Source of the DNA: Candidatus Multivoradales bacterium
GTDB lineage: Bacteria; Acidobacteriota; Thermoanaerobaculia; Multivoradales; J023
Length of the DNA stretch: 64,000 bases
Reading direction: 5' to 3'
Assembly: GCA_965248925.1 (NCBI GenBank)
Contig: CBDFLE010000006.1
Coordinates: 2,112,001-2,176,000, forward strand
Part shown: piece by piece, positions 1-10,016 of the stretch
How the letters are laid out: each line of letters begins with the position of its first letter
Position numbering within the stretch: position 1 is the first letter of the stretch
Notes under the pieces: generated by a model
Seen by the model: the letters and a program-made list of their open reading frames with translations, nothing else
The model's database searches: none
Told to the model about the DNA's origin: nothing
Translations under genes and position numbers: made by a program

Positions 1-110
1 CCATCCCGCTGACCGCGATCCTCCATCGCGGCACCGTGCGCGACGTGCAGGTAGGGTCCTTCGATGGGCAAGCTATGGCCGAGTTGTTAGACAGATTGCT
101 AGAAGAGTAG
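1..110 (+). CDS. 3' end of probable TlpA/thioredoxin-like protein (partial)
   Basis: Frame 3 reads IPLTAILHRGTVRDVQVGSFDGQAMAELLDRLLEE*, resembling the cis-Pro/C-terminal helix region of TlpA-like redoxins. Confidence 0.45.
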   Translation, partial: IPLTAILHRGTVRDVQVGSFDGQAMAELLDRLLEE

Positions 111-155
111 CTCACAGAACACCACCCCGATCCAAGCACTGAGGAAGCCACCGCC

Positions 156-3100
156 GTGCAGCCAACCCCTAACGCTGGCCACTGGCCATCCTTGACTTCC
201 TTCAGCAGGGCTGCCTGCGCCACCCTGCTGCTGGTGTTCGTCGCCTGCGCCCCGCCCGAGCCACAAACCGATCTCGCCTCGGTGCGCGCCCTACTGGCCC
301 GCGGCGTGGCCCATGCTGAGATCGACCAGTGGGCCAAGGCCCTGGAACTCTTCCAGCAAGCCGCCGAGCTGGCTCCCGAAGAACCGGTTGCCGCCTACGA
401 TTTGGGATTGGCCCTGTTCCGCACCGGCGACCGGCAAGCGGCCCGAGAATGGCTCGACCGCGCCCAGGCGAACGCCCCAGCCGACCTCGGGGCACGTATC
501 GAGCTACTGCGAGGCAAGCTGGCCTACGAAGACGGTAACGACCCGCAAGAACTCGAAGCCCACCGCCGCGCCAGCAGTCTTGATCCGGAAGAAGCTGCCT
601 ACGCCCACGCTTTGGCGCAGCTCTATCTGCGACTCGGCGCAGAGGAAAAATATGGCGTACAGGTCGAGCAAGCACATCGCCTGTGGCCCAACAACGCTTA
701 CCTGGCCACTGAGGCCGCGCTCTGGCGCCTCGACCAAAGCGACCTCAGGGTCCGTCGCCAAGGGATGGCGCTACTAGAAACACTGGCTGCCCGCAGTCCC
801 CGCGATGAGATCAACGCCTACCTGGAGAAGGGGCGCCTTCAGCTCGAAGCGAAGCCGACCCCCGCCAAGGTGCCCACGCCACTGCGCATCGTGGCCAACC
901 TGCTGCGTCCCACCAAGTCTTTCCGGAGCGACGCGGCGGAGCTTCAGGCCCGCCTTGAGCCCACCCCGCTGAGCGACCCGACACAGCCCGCGACCGTCAC
1001 CGAGGTTTCGCCAGCCCTCTCTCCGGAGGTGAGCTTCGCCACCGCGGCCCTGGTCCCGGCTCTGCCCTTGGCGGCCGGCGAGAAGATACTGGCGGCAGTG
1101 CTGGTCGACGACTCGACCGCCCACCGCCCCAGCGCGGCGCGCGACGCCGGCATCGCCATCGTCGGTGACCGCGGGCTCTACATGCTGGCTCGAGGTGCCG
1201 CGGCTTTCCAAACACTGGCCGAGATTCCCGGCGAAGTTCACCAGCTGCTCGCTGGTGATGTCAACGACGACGAACGCATGGAGTTGCTGCTGCTCACCGC
1301 TAGTGGTCCGCGGCTGTGGGGCCGCGACGACGCTGGCGAATGGGCCGAGGTCCCCCTCGACGAACAGCTCAGCAGCACCGTCCTGCAACGTGGTTTATTG
1401 GTTGACTTCGAGCACGATGGCGACCTCGACCTGCTGGCCACCGACCCGGCAGGCGCTCTAGTGCTCGTGACCCACCGAGGCGAAGCCGGATTCGGCCCGC
1501 CCACCCCCGCACCCTTGCCAGTCACCACCCCGATTCGGCGTTTGACCTCAACTGACCTTGACGGCGATGCCGACCAAGATTTGGTGCTGGCGAGCGCCAC
1601 AGAGTTGTTGATCCTGCGCAATTGGCGCCAGGGTGAGTTCGCTCTCCAGAGCCGTTTGCCGCTAGCCGAGAATGGACTTCCCCAACAGCTGCTGGCACTC
1701 GACTACAACGCCGACAGCCACCTGGACATCATCGCGCTGCTCACCGAGGGTGTCACCTGCTGGCGCGGCGACGGCCAAGCCGGCCTGCACGCCGATCCGC
1801 AAGCAATGGGGGCCACGACCGATCTTGCCGACCAAGGACAGCCGGCGCACCTCACGGTTGCCGACCTCGACCTCGACGGCGATCTAGACCTACTGCTCGC
1901 CGGCCTCTCGACAACATCACGAGACTCTGCCCTGATGGCATTGATCAACGACGGCCAAGGGCGGTTCACAGCGCGCAGCGACTTGGTCGCAGAACACGAG
2001 ACAGGCAGCAGCGGCGCCATCGTCCTCGACCTCGACGGCGACCACGATCCAGATCTACTCTCCTGGAGCGACTCTGGATCGCTGCAAGCTCTGCGCGGCA
2101 GCGGCGCCGAGGGGCAGCGGTGGTTGCGGCTGCGGCTCCGCGCGCCGGGCCGCAAAGTACCTCGCGACGGGCGCGGTGTCCGCATCCAAGTGGTGGCCGG
2201 CGACCGCATCCAATGGCTAGAGCCACAGCGCCCCAACCTCACTTTGGGACTCGGCCAAGCCCGGCCCGCGCTGATCAAGGCGACCTGGCCCAACGGCATC
2301 AGCGAATACCTCTTCGAACCCGAACCGGAGACCGAGCACATCTTGGAGTTGTCACTGCGAGTCGAAGGCTCGTGCCCCTTCCTCTATGCCTCCGACGGCC
2401 AAGAACTACGCTTCATCACCGACATTCTGGGCCTCGCTCCAGTCGGCATGCTGGCCACCGCCGACACCTACGTACCAGCCGATCCCGAAGAGTATCTGCG
2501 CCTTCCGAGGTGGGTGGCACCTCAGAATGGGGTACTCGAACTAGTGATCACCGAAGAGCTGCGCGAGGTCCTGATTCTTGACCAGGCTGAGCTGGTGGCG
2601 GTCGACGCCAAGCCCCAGGTCGAGGTCTACAACGGCGAGAAATGGCTGATGGACTCGGTGCGCGGCCTTGAGCTGCGCCTGATGAGCCCTTTCGCCGCCC
2701 CGGCCTCGGTCCGTGATGACCGCGGCCGCGAAGTGCTCGAGATAGTGCGCCAGCGCGACGAGCGATACCTGACCAACCATCGCGGCCCCAACCGCTACCA
2801 GGGCGCGGTGACACCGCACCAGCTGACCATTGAACTGCCAACGGCCACCGCCGCCGCCGAACACCCAGCGCTGGTGCTGGTCGGCTGGCTGCATTGGGCC
2901 AACACCAGCACCAACGTGGCCCGCTCCCAAGACCCGCAGGGGGCGCCAATCTTCCCCTACCTCGAAGTACCCGACGGCGCCGGTGGTTGGCGGCGGACGA
3001 CGGTACCGGTCGGCCTACCGGCGGGCAAAACCAAGCCGGTGGTGGTCGATCTCAGCGGCATGCTCGACCCCGCGGACCCACGGCTGCGCATCACCACCGA

Positions 3101-3722
3101 CTTCGAGGTCTACTGGGACCTGATCGCCAGCGCTTCCCTATTGTCGCCGGAGGCAACCCCCCATCACCTCCACCGCCTGGCGCCGAGCAGTGCCGAGCTA
3201 CGTTGGAGCGGTTTCTCGCGCTGGTTCAGGACCGCCGCCAACGGTCCCTACCTCTTCGACTACCAAGACCGCCGCCCCTACCCCTGGCGCACCGACGCCG
3301 CCGGCCAGGAAGTAGTGCTCTCGTGGCAAGAGCACGAGGGCTACTACACCGCCTTCGGACCGGTCGATAGGTTACTGGCCCGAGCCGACGATTCCAGTGT
3401 CGTTCTGGGATCCGGCGAAGAACTCAGACTGAGCTTCGATGTGGCCTCCCTGCCACCCCTGCCCACCGGCTGGCAGCGTACTTACTTCCTACACTCCGAA
3501 GGCTGGGAAAAAGACGGTGATCCCAACGTCTCCTGCTCCCAAACCGTCGAGCCCTTGCCCTACCGCGGCATGACCCGAGATCCTTGCTCCGGCCGCTCGG
3601 TAGCGTCTGATGTGGCCGGTGCGCCGCGGACCCGCTGGGTCGGGCGGGATCGCTTGCAGCGGCGGGTGGGGGCGTGGGGGGACCGGGCCACGCTGCCCGG
3701 ACAAACCAACGCCGGGCGGTAG
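156..3722 (+). CDS. TPR + FG-GAP/VCBS repeat + ASPIC/UnbV (CRTAC1-like) lipoprotein
   Basis: Lipobox-like FVAC, N-terminal TPR helices, several DxDGDxDL Ca-binding repeats, ASPIC-like GLG..WPNG, C-terminal GSCPFLY/GWEKDGD domain. Confidence 0.85.
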   Translation: MQPTPNAGHWPSLTSFSRAACATLLLVFVACAPPEPQTDLASVRALLARGVAHAEIDQWAKALELFQQAAELAPEEPVAAYDLGLALFRTGDRQAAREWLDRAQANAPADLGARIELLRGKLAYEDGNDPQELEAHRRASSLDPEEAAYAHALAQLYLRLGAEEKYGVQVEQAHRLWPNNAYLATEAALWRLDQSDLRVRRQGMALLETLAARSPRDEINAYLEKGRLQLEAKPTPAKVPTPLRIVANLLRPTKSFRSDAAELQARLEPTPLSDPTQPATVTEVSPALSPEVSFATAALVPALPLAAGEKILAAVLVDDSTAHRPSAARDAGIAIVGDRGLYMLARGAAAFQTLAEIPGEVHQLLAGDVNDDERMELLLLTASGPRLWGRDDAGEWAEVPLDEQLSSTVLQRGLLVDFEHDGDLDLLATDPAGALVLVTHRGEAGFGPPTPAPLPVTTPIRRLTSTDLDGDADQDLVLASATELLILRNWRQGEFALQSRLPLAENGLPQQLLALDYNADSHLDIIALLTEGVTCWRGDGQAGLHADPQAMGATTDLADQGQPAHLTVADLDLDGDLDLLLAGLSTTSRDSALMALINDGQGRFTARSDLVAEHETGSSGAIVLDLDGDHDPDLLSWSDSGSLQALRGSGAEGQRWLRLRLRAPGRKVPRDGRGVRIQVVAGDRIQWLEPQRPNLTLGLGQARPALIKATWPNGISEYLFEPEPETEHILELSLRVEGSCPFLYASDGQELRFITDILGLAPVGMLATADTYVPADPEEYLRLPRWVAPQNGVLELVITEELREVLILDQAELVAVDAKPQVEVYNGEKWLMDSVRGLELRLMSPFAAPASVRDDRGREVLEIVRQRDERYLTNHRGPNRYQGAVTPHQLTIELPTATAAAEHPALVLVGWLHWANTSTNVARSQDPQGAPIFPYLEVPDGAGGWRRTTVPVGLPAGKTKPVVVDLSGMLDPADPRLRITTDFEVYWDLIASASLLSPEATPHHLHRLAPSSAELRWSGFSRWFRTAANGPYLFDYQDRRPYPWRTDAAGQEVVLSWQEHEGYYTAFGPVDRLLARADDSSVVLGSGEELRLSFDVASLPPLPTGWQRTYFLHSEGWEKDGDPNVSCSQTVEPLPYRGMTRDPCSGRSVASDVAGAPRTRWVGRDRLQRRVGAWGDRATLPGQTNAGR

Positions 3723-3733
3723 GCGCCGTCACT
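3428..3733 (+). repeat. Direct repeat A, copy 1 (3' end of ASPIC gene)
   Basis: Colinear with 6073-6380, e.g. shared cactccgaaggctggg and gggcgggatcgcttgcagcg. Confidence 0.85.
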
Positions 3734-3827
3734 GCAGCTTTGTTCGAGTGCGGTACGCTATACTGAAGTCTGTGGTTTGCAGCCGCCGTAGGAACGGGAT
3801 TCCACGGATCAAACCGGAAAGATTACG

Positions 3828-4109
3828 ATGAAGAAAGAGACGATCTCATTCGAAGTATCCCAAGATCTGCTGGCTTCTTTGAAGCTCGGCTCCACCGCCC
3901 TTGCTCGGAGTATCCGTCTGCTCGCCGCCATCGCCTACTTTCGCAACAAGAAGCTGTCCCTGGGCAAAGCCGCACAGCTCGCGGGCCTCAACCGGCTGCA
4001 CTTCATGGACGTGCTGGCCAAGGAAGGCGTCGTGGTCTTCGACTATGACGAATCAGTGCTGGCCAGCGATCTCGAAGGGATCACTCGACTGAGACCTGAC
4101 TCGGCGTGA
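3828..4109 (+). CDS. UPF0175 family HTH antitoxin
   Basis: LSLGKAAQLAGLNRLHFMDVL motif; GTGA overlap with downstream PIN gene. Confidence 0.85.
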   Translation: MKKETISFEVSQDLLASLKLGSTALARSIRLLAAIAYFRNKKLSLGKAAQLAGLNRLHFMDVLAKEGVVVFDYDESVLASDLEGITRLRPDSA

Positions 4110-4588
4110 TCATCAGTAACGCAACGCCCCTGATTGCCTTCTCGCGCATCGGTCGACTCGACTTGCTTCGTGAGACGCTCGCGGAGCCGCTAGTGATTCC
4201 GGCGGCGGTAGCCAGTGAGATCTCGGACTATGAGAAGGGTGAACCAGGTAGCATCGACCTGACACCTGAGACCTGGATCCAGACGCGGTCCGTCCAGGAC
4301 GAGCTGCAGGTGAGCTTGCTACTGCCAACTCTAGATCGTGGAGAGGCCGAGGTGATCGCGCTGGGCCTGGAGCAGCAGGCCAGACTGGTGCTCCTTGACG
4401 AGCTGGCCGGCCGCAAGGTAGCCGAGTCCCTGGGATTGAGGATAACCGGCTCGGTCGGAGTCTTGATCAGGGCCAAGCAACTCGGCGAGATTACGACGAT
4501 CAAGCCACTGCTCGAGCACATGGTGCGCGAGGGCCTGTACTTCAGCCAAAGATTCCTCGATGCCGTGCTCCATCAGGTTGGGGAGTGA
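4106..4588 (+). CDS. DUF3368-type PIN-domain toxin
   Basis: IISNATPLI, LDRGEAEVI, LLDELAGR, ITGSVGVLIRAK motifs. Confidence 0.85.
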   Translation: MIISNATPLIAFSRIGRLDLLRETLAEPLVIPAAVASEISDYEKGEPGSIDLTPETWIQTRSVQDELQVSLLLPTLDRGEAEVIALGLEQQARLVLLDELAGRKVAESLGLRITGSVGVLIRAKQLGEITTIKPLLEHMVREGLYFSQRFLDAVLHQVGE

Positions 4589-4771
4589 ATCACTATTTGG
4601 GCCGCCACGTACTAGTACAGGCACCGAGATCCCTGGTGCTCGCTGGCTGTTGGACTGGGGCGGCAGAGCGGCTGGACGCAAACGCCGCGCCGTTGCAGCC
4701 GTTGCCGCAGGGGAAGTCATGAGAAACGACTGGTCCTGCCGGCCGTGGGCAGATCTCGCGCGACACCAGTC

Positions 4772-4850
4772 TCAGAGACGATCTCGTTCGCCGGGCTCTA
4801 CATCAAGCACTTCCTTGAGGACCGCCAGCAGCTGGACGCGGCTGCAGCGC
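4772..4850 (-). pseudogene. 3' remnant of RHH/HicB-like antitoxin (paralog of 14967-15203)
   Basis: SRVQLLAVLKEVLDVEPGERDRL* vs SREKLLAVLEKAPDVEPDKRDCL*; DNA is colinear. Confidence 0.65.
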
Positions 4851-4884
4851 CCAAGGAAGCGGACGCAGGGACTAGAGAAGGAAC

Positions 4885-4912
4885 GGGGCGAGGGCTGAAC
4901 CCTCGCCCCTAG
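4885..4912. repeat. REP-like hairpin followed by CTAG
   Basis: GGGGCGAGGG-CTGAA-CCCTCGCCCC perfect 10-bp stem. Confidence 0.5.
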
Positions 4913-5166
4913 AGATATGTGCGACCGGGGCAAGCAAGGACGCAGTATCTCTGCGCGTTGCCTATCGGCCGCTGGTAACTTTAGGTGGGGTTTCATGAGT
5001 GAACCCCTTGCACTTGCTTCGGAGTGTTAAACGCCGTAAGCTGCAAGCGCAATTTGCCCAACGGCGCGCTCGCGCGCCCTCCGGGCCGCCAAAGCCTGAA
5101 ACCGTTGAAAAGTTCTTCAGGCTGGCATAGTTAGCAGGACTGGGTCGGCCTCAGGGCCGGCCCTCT

Positions 5167-5676
5167 TCACGTCTTCCACATGCTGATCTCCTCGGTCGAA
5201 GACAGGCGGTATTGGTGTGCAACCCCGCCTTGATCTACCTCCATGACTTCATCCCGAACTAGGCGCCCGATTACCGTCTTGATCGAGTTCTTATGTACAT
5301 CCCTGCCTACTTCTTCGCTGACCGCATTTCGCATATCAGTGCGGGTGAACCATCTACCTTCGAAGCGCTGTTGTGCTATCTCGGGAATCAGCCGACTCAA
5401 ATACCCACGCGGGAGAGTACCTTTCGGCGTTAGCTCCAGCTTCACCCGCCCAGATATTGGCCCGGCAGATGAGGAGGACTTCGTCTCGAAGCCTTCTTCG
5501 AAGGCGTCGGTCTGGCCAAGGCCGAGCGCCCGCCGAACATCGGCGTCTCGTTCAAGCTCCTACAACTCCGCCTCCAGCTCGCGGTACCGCCGATCCACGT
5601 CCGCATACCTGGCTAGCTTCTCTGTGATATTCCGGGCTCTCTTGAAGCGTTCATCACGGGTTCCAAAGTCGGTCAT
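5167..5676 (-). pseudogene. Coiled-coil + winged-HTH protein with in-frame TAG at 5560-5562
   Basis: GGAGG then ATG at 5676; reads ...RELEAEL*ELERDADV... in frame with the 92-aa wHTH-like ORF 5167-5445. Confidence 0.6.
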
Positions 5677-5820
5677 GATGTCCTCCATTTTTTAGCGAGC
5701 CCAAAGTGTCATGTCCCCCTTACGTACCGCAAGTAGAGCTACGATTGGTGTACTAGAAGGGGGTCACAAGACACGAGCCCCTGTGGGTGGGTAGGGGGGG
5801 GTACCCATCGGGAGCCTTCA

Positions 5821-5844
5821 CGAGGGATTGAAATCCCTCGCTAG
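5821..5844. repeat. REP-like hairpin followed by CTAG
   Basis: CGAGGGAT-TGAA-ATCCCTCG perfect 8-bp stem; a second hairpin CACCTG-TTTT-CAGGTG at 5878-5893. Confidence 0.5.
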
Positions 5845-6072
5845 GGTGTGACGTCGCTGACGGGACGAAGAGCAAGGCACCTGTTTTCAGGTGTTTGTGG
5901 ATTCTCCGAGACATCGCAGAGGTAACGAGACACCGCAAGCGAAGCTGGCGGCAGTCGGCACCAAGCTCAAAGTCAAGGGTGTCAATGTCGAGCACCGGCT
6001 GAGTGATCCGCTGCTCGACCTGCTCTTGCCCCGGCTATGCCTCTTCGCTATCCCACCTCGGACCACCACGGC

Positions 6073-6380
6073 TGTAAGCTTCGACGTGGCCTCCCTGCCG
6101 CCGCTATCCACCGGCTGTTAGCGCACCTACATCCTGCACTCCGAAGGCTGGGTGAAAGAAGGCGGCCCTAACGTGTCCTGCTCCCGCACCCTCGAGCCCC
6201 TGCCCTACTGCGGCACGGTCGACGCCCCCTGCTCAGACTACGAGGCTGCACCTGGCTCGACACCGTCGGCTCGGACGCGCTGGGTTGGGCGGGATCGCTT
6301 GCAGCGACGGGTGGGGGGCGTGGGTGGACAAAGCCGCGGTGGCCGGACACGTCAAGGCCGAGCGACAGAAGCCGTCACGG
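6073..6380 (+). pseudogene. Direct repeat A, copy 2: decayed copy of the ASPIC gene 3' end
   Basis: SFDVASLPPLSTGC*RTYILHSEGWVKEGGPNVSCSRTLEPLPY..RTRWVGRDRLQRRVG with a stop and a frameshift in the G run. Confidence 0.85.
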
Positions 6381-6402
6381 CCCGCGGCTCTCGCAGGGGC
6401 GG

Positions 6403-6732
6403 CTAATCCGAGTCGCCGAGACCAGAGCGTCGTTCAACTTTCCACAACGCCACGAGATCGCGGGCGCCGTGAATCAGACCCAGGATGTAGATCTTCTTTT
6501 CGCGAATCTCATAGAGCAACCGGTAGTTGCCAACCAGAAGTTCTCGAACGCTGGGCTCCCGGAGTTCAGGAACCACTCGACAGCGATGTGCCAGCTCATC
6601 GAGCGAGCGAGCCTGGCTGCGGATGCTCTCGACAAAGGCCGCGGCCTAGCCTGGCGAATCCTCGGCGATGTAGTCGGCGGTGTGCTCGAGATCCCGCCAA
6701 GCTGTCTCGGTCCAGACTACTTGTCGAGCCAT
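6403..6732 (-). pseudogene. parE: ParE/RelE toxin with in-frame TAG at codon 29 (6646-6648)
   Basis: MARQVVWTETAWRDLEHTADYIAEDSPG*AAAFVESI...RVVPEL..RELLVGNYRLLYEI..IHGARDL; absent from the ORF track. Confidence 0.85.
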
Positions 6733-6905
6733 CGAGCCATCCGGCGCTCGACATCAACCTGTGGGATCACCCGCCCAGCTTTGACGTCTTGGCGGCCCCG
6801 CTCAATGCGCTGGAGGACGTAGAGGTGGTACTGGATGTCTTCTAGCGAAGTCTCCTCGGGCAAAGTGTCGAGGATCTTCTGAGTTGCCTGTTTCGCGCTC
6901 GCCAT
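6717..6905 (-). CDS. Antitoxin of the ParE module
   Basis: LPEETSLEDIQYHLYVLQRIERGRQDVKAGRVIP, overlapping the toxin start. Confidence 0.8.
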   Translation of the reverse strand: MASAKQATQKILDTLPEETSLEDIQYHLYVLQRIERGRQDVKAGRVIPQVDVERRMARWLDK

Positions 6906-7059
6906 AGGTTTCATCATACCGCCAATTCAGCAGCCCCTCAGGGTTGTCTCCGGTTGAATTCTGATCAACCGCGATCTGTGCCAGCAGACCTCCGTCAGAG
7001 TTCTGAACACCGACAACAGCAGGTCCTCTCACCACCGCAGACGCCCCCCCAGCCCTCCT

Positions 7060-8483
7060 CCAGCGCCAGCCGGAAGGCGGCCATCTCTTCGCCGTTGCGC
7101 ACTAGCAAGAGGTCGCCGACCAACACCGGGTGATTCCAGGTCTTGCCCTTGATGGCCGGGAATCGCGCTAGCTCGATGAAGCGACCGGGCTTGGCCGCCA
7201 CCAGCACGAGCTCGCCTTTCTCTGACAACACCAGTAGGCAGGTCGCCGTTCGCCATCAGGGCCGGCTGCACGATGCCGCTCGGCCACGAGTGCTCCCAGA
7301 GCGGCGTGCCGCCAGCCAGGGTGACACTGGTCGCACCGGCACCGCTCAGCACTACGATCTGCACGACCCCGTCGAGGATCAGAAGATGTGGCGAGCTGTA
7401 GCTCCCGGCGGTGGTGAGGTCGTAGGCGACCAGCCCGCCAGCGTAGACGATAACGACGTCGCCAATCACCAAGGGCGAGTTCGTGAAGCCCCAGTCCGGC
7501 ACCTCGGCACCGGTGTCGGCGGCCGCGTTGCGCGACCATACGACACTGCCGTCTCCGGCGACCAGAGCGTTGAGGATTCCAGTCGCACCGAGGGTGTAGA
7601 CGCGGTCACCGCTCAGGGAGGGTGTTGCCCGCGGACCGGCGCCGGCATTGGACTCCCAAAAGCGGGTCGGGTCCCGATGTCTCCACAGCGGCTCGCCGGT
7701 GGTCGCGTCGTAGCAGGAGACGACCTCGTCGTCACCGCGCTGCTCCTGGGTGAAGAGGAGGTTACCGCTCACCGCAAAGGACGACCAACCCGGTCCGATC
7801 GGCCGGCGCCACAGCTCGGCCGGCGGCGACCGAGACCAATCGGTCTCGATGCGCACATCGTGGATGATGCTATCGCGGTCGGGACCGCGAAAGCCGGGTC
7901 ATTCGACCTCGGCTTGCGCTGCTGCTAGTAGCTGGGCCTGCGCGACCGGCTCGTCATCGGCTCGAGCGAGGAGCTTCGGCTCAGCGGTCTGCGACCATCG
8001 CCAGGCCAAATCCGATCCTGTGGCGGAAACACCATCGGTCCGCAAGAGAGTCCAGACTCCGCCAGCCAGCAGGATGGCGGCGACCATCGTGGCGCGCCGC
8101 GGTCCCGGGGCGAGGTGACGGCTGAGCACCGCCCAAGCGACCAGGGCGAGACACAGGACCGGGATGGCGAGAATGTAGAACATCATCCCCATCCCGCCGG
8201 TGGCAATCGACACATGGAGGAGGCGCGAATTCACCGCCAGGAAGATGATCATCAAGGCGATGGCGGCCCAGCGCTCAAACCGAGGCGCCCGGCTGAAGAA
8301 GGCCCACCAGACGACGATAGCCAAGCCGCCGAGCAAGGCACCAATCGCCCCGTAGAGCTCGGCCTCGGGTACGATCCAGGGAATGCCAAATCTGCCCAGC
8401 CATTGCAGCAGAACAATCGTCACGCCGGGCCACAGTCGGAGCGATCTTTGCCGAGTTGCACCGTCGGTCTGCTCGATGGCCAT
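7060..8483 (-). pseudogene. Decayed paralog of the membrane-anchored PQQ-like beta-propeller protein (38509-40236)
   Basis: Shared motifs LRLWPGV, RFWESNAGAGPRATP, GKTWNHP; TGG>TGA at 7899-7901 (WPGFRG), internal deletions and a frameshift. Confidence 0.9.
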
Positions 8484-8544
8484 CTCCAACTCTCCCATGG
8501 GTCTGTTGCTTCTTGCCGCCGGTTCCTTCGGTGATTCCGAGGTG

Positions 8545-8615
8545 CGGCGACGCTCAACCCTACGCCTTGGAGACCGCGAAGTTTTCGATGCGAGACGAGT
8601 TGGCTGAGACGGCCA
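8545..8615 (-). promoter_or_regulatory. Diverged copy of the PQQ-gene upstream element (repeat C)
   Basis: Minus strand cgaaaacttcgcggtctccaaggcgtagggttgagcgtc matches 35797-35838 and 38420-38460. Confidence 0.55.
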
Positions 8616-8913
8616 GGAGGCAGTCGCCAGCTCCTCCCGCGACCTCTGATCTGGGGACCAGCGCCCCATCCCCGGCAGGGTGGGCCTGGTGTGCGGGTGC
8701 TGTTTGCAGATTGCCGCCGCGCCCAAGGGTACGGTGCTACGACCCAGGTGGCACCTTTCTAGACCCTCACCGGCACCGTGGGGTGGTCCACGCCCTCAAC
8801 CTCCGGCGCCACCGCCCCGGTGAGCTACTCGAGGTGTTCGGGGACCGCCGAGCGGCGGCCGCCCGGCGGTGAGAAGAAGCCTCCTCGTCGAGCCGGGCGG
8901 CAGATATCGGTAC

Positions 8914-10008
8914 TCAGCTCGGAGAGGAGCTCGCGCTGGGAGAAAGGGGCGCCGGGTTCTTACGTTCCTGTTTGGCCCGAGTGAGCAAGACACCTTGTCC
9001 CATCTCCACCCTGCCCGGTCCGATCCGGGCTTTCAGACGCAGGGGAAAGCGAGTCGACGCCACCGCGTCGGCGAGCTCGAGTCCCAGGCTGTCCCCTTGA
9101 AACTCCACCTCGCCGGCATAGGTCGGCTGGCCGGTCGTGGAGAAGAAGCTGAGATGGGCGGTGCCATCTTTCCCGGGATCGCAGCAGATCAGATGATCCA
9201 CCGAGTAGGTCCCTGCCTCTTGCGAACGCAAGGTGAGCAATCCCAGCAGGAGGCGGCGCCGGATCAGGGGCTCGAAGCTACCTCCGAGAAACGCCTCCCG
9301 ATTCAGCAGCAGCGGTTGATCGTCGCCTCCGATCTTGATTCGGAAAGCCACGCCTGGATCGATCTCGATACCGTGGAAGGTATCGTCGAAGCTCTCCAGA
9401 ACCTCTTCGATCTCTCCCGGCCCCATGGGCTCGAGGCCAACGGGGACCAACCCTGCGCTCGGCGGTAGATCACCGCGGCTGGGCTCCACCGGCGGGATGT
9501 CCCCCTGGAGGTCAAGACGAGCCGCGATTAAAGTCCGGGCGAGGTCGGCCTGGGAGCCGACACCGGCCGGACTCCCACGCAAGGCAGCGAGGCTCTCCAG
9601 GGCCTCCTGGTCGCCAATGCGCCCCAAGGACTTGGCGATCTTGGCTTCGAGAAGACGGCTCTTGGTCGCCCGTAGAGCACGCAGCAAGACCTCTTGGACA
9701 CGAGCTCTGGGTCGGCAATGGCTGATGGCGACGGCGGCCACCGCCCGCAAGCCCTTGTCCTCGTCCTGGTTCAAGAGAACCTCCGCGAGCAATTCGCAAG
9801 CTCCCTGCGGATCGATCTTCGCCAAGAGGGCCAAGGCCTTGACCCTGGCCGCGTCCCGGATGTCCCCCTGGACCAGGCGACGCAGGAGGTCGAGGTCACT
9901 CTGGGGAAGCTCGGGAATGCGCCGTGGAGGCGTTCCATGCTTGGCGTCGATCAATGACATGAGCTCCTTGGTAGCGCCCAACTCCACTAGCAGTTTTTCT
10001 TTGGCCAT
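8914..10008 (-). CDS. HEAT/PBS-repeat protein with unknown C-terminal beta domain
   Basis: ARVKALALLAKI, LRAVAAVAI, IAKSLGRIGDQEALESL repeats; AGGAGG RBS. Confidence 0.75.
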   Translation of the reverse strand: MAKEKLLVELGATKELMSLIDAKHGTPPRRIPELPQSDLDLLRRLVQGDIRDAARVKALALLAKIDPQGACELLAEVLLNQDEDKGLRAVAAVAISHCRPRARVQEVLLRALRATKSRLLEAKIAKSLGRIGDQEALESLAALRGSPAGVGSQADLARTLIAARLDLQGDIPPVEPSRGDLPPSAGLVPVGLEPMGPGEIEEVLESFDDTFHGIEIDPGVAFRIKIGGDDQPLLLNREAFLGGSFEPLIRRRLLLGLLTLRSQEAGTYSVDHLICCDPGKDGTAHLSFFSTTGQPTYAGEVEFQGDSLGLELADAVASTRFPLRLKARIGPGRVEMGQGVLLTRAKQERKNPAPLSPSASSSPS

Positions 10009-10016
10009 GATGCCTC

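Noticed and set aside
5940-6040. HsdS-like tail LLDLLLPRL
   Set aside because: Match too short to support
5167-7901. Genome-wide stop-codon recoding
   Set aside because: Many intact genes end in TAG or TGA, and the TGA-bearing gene also has deletions and a frameshift
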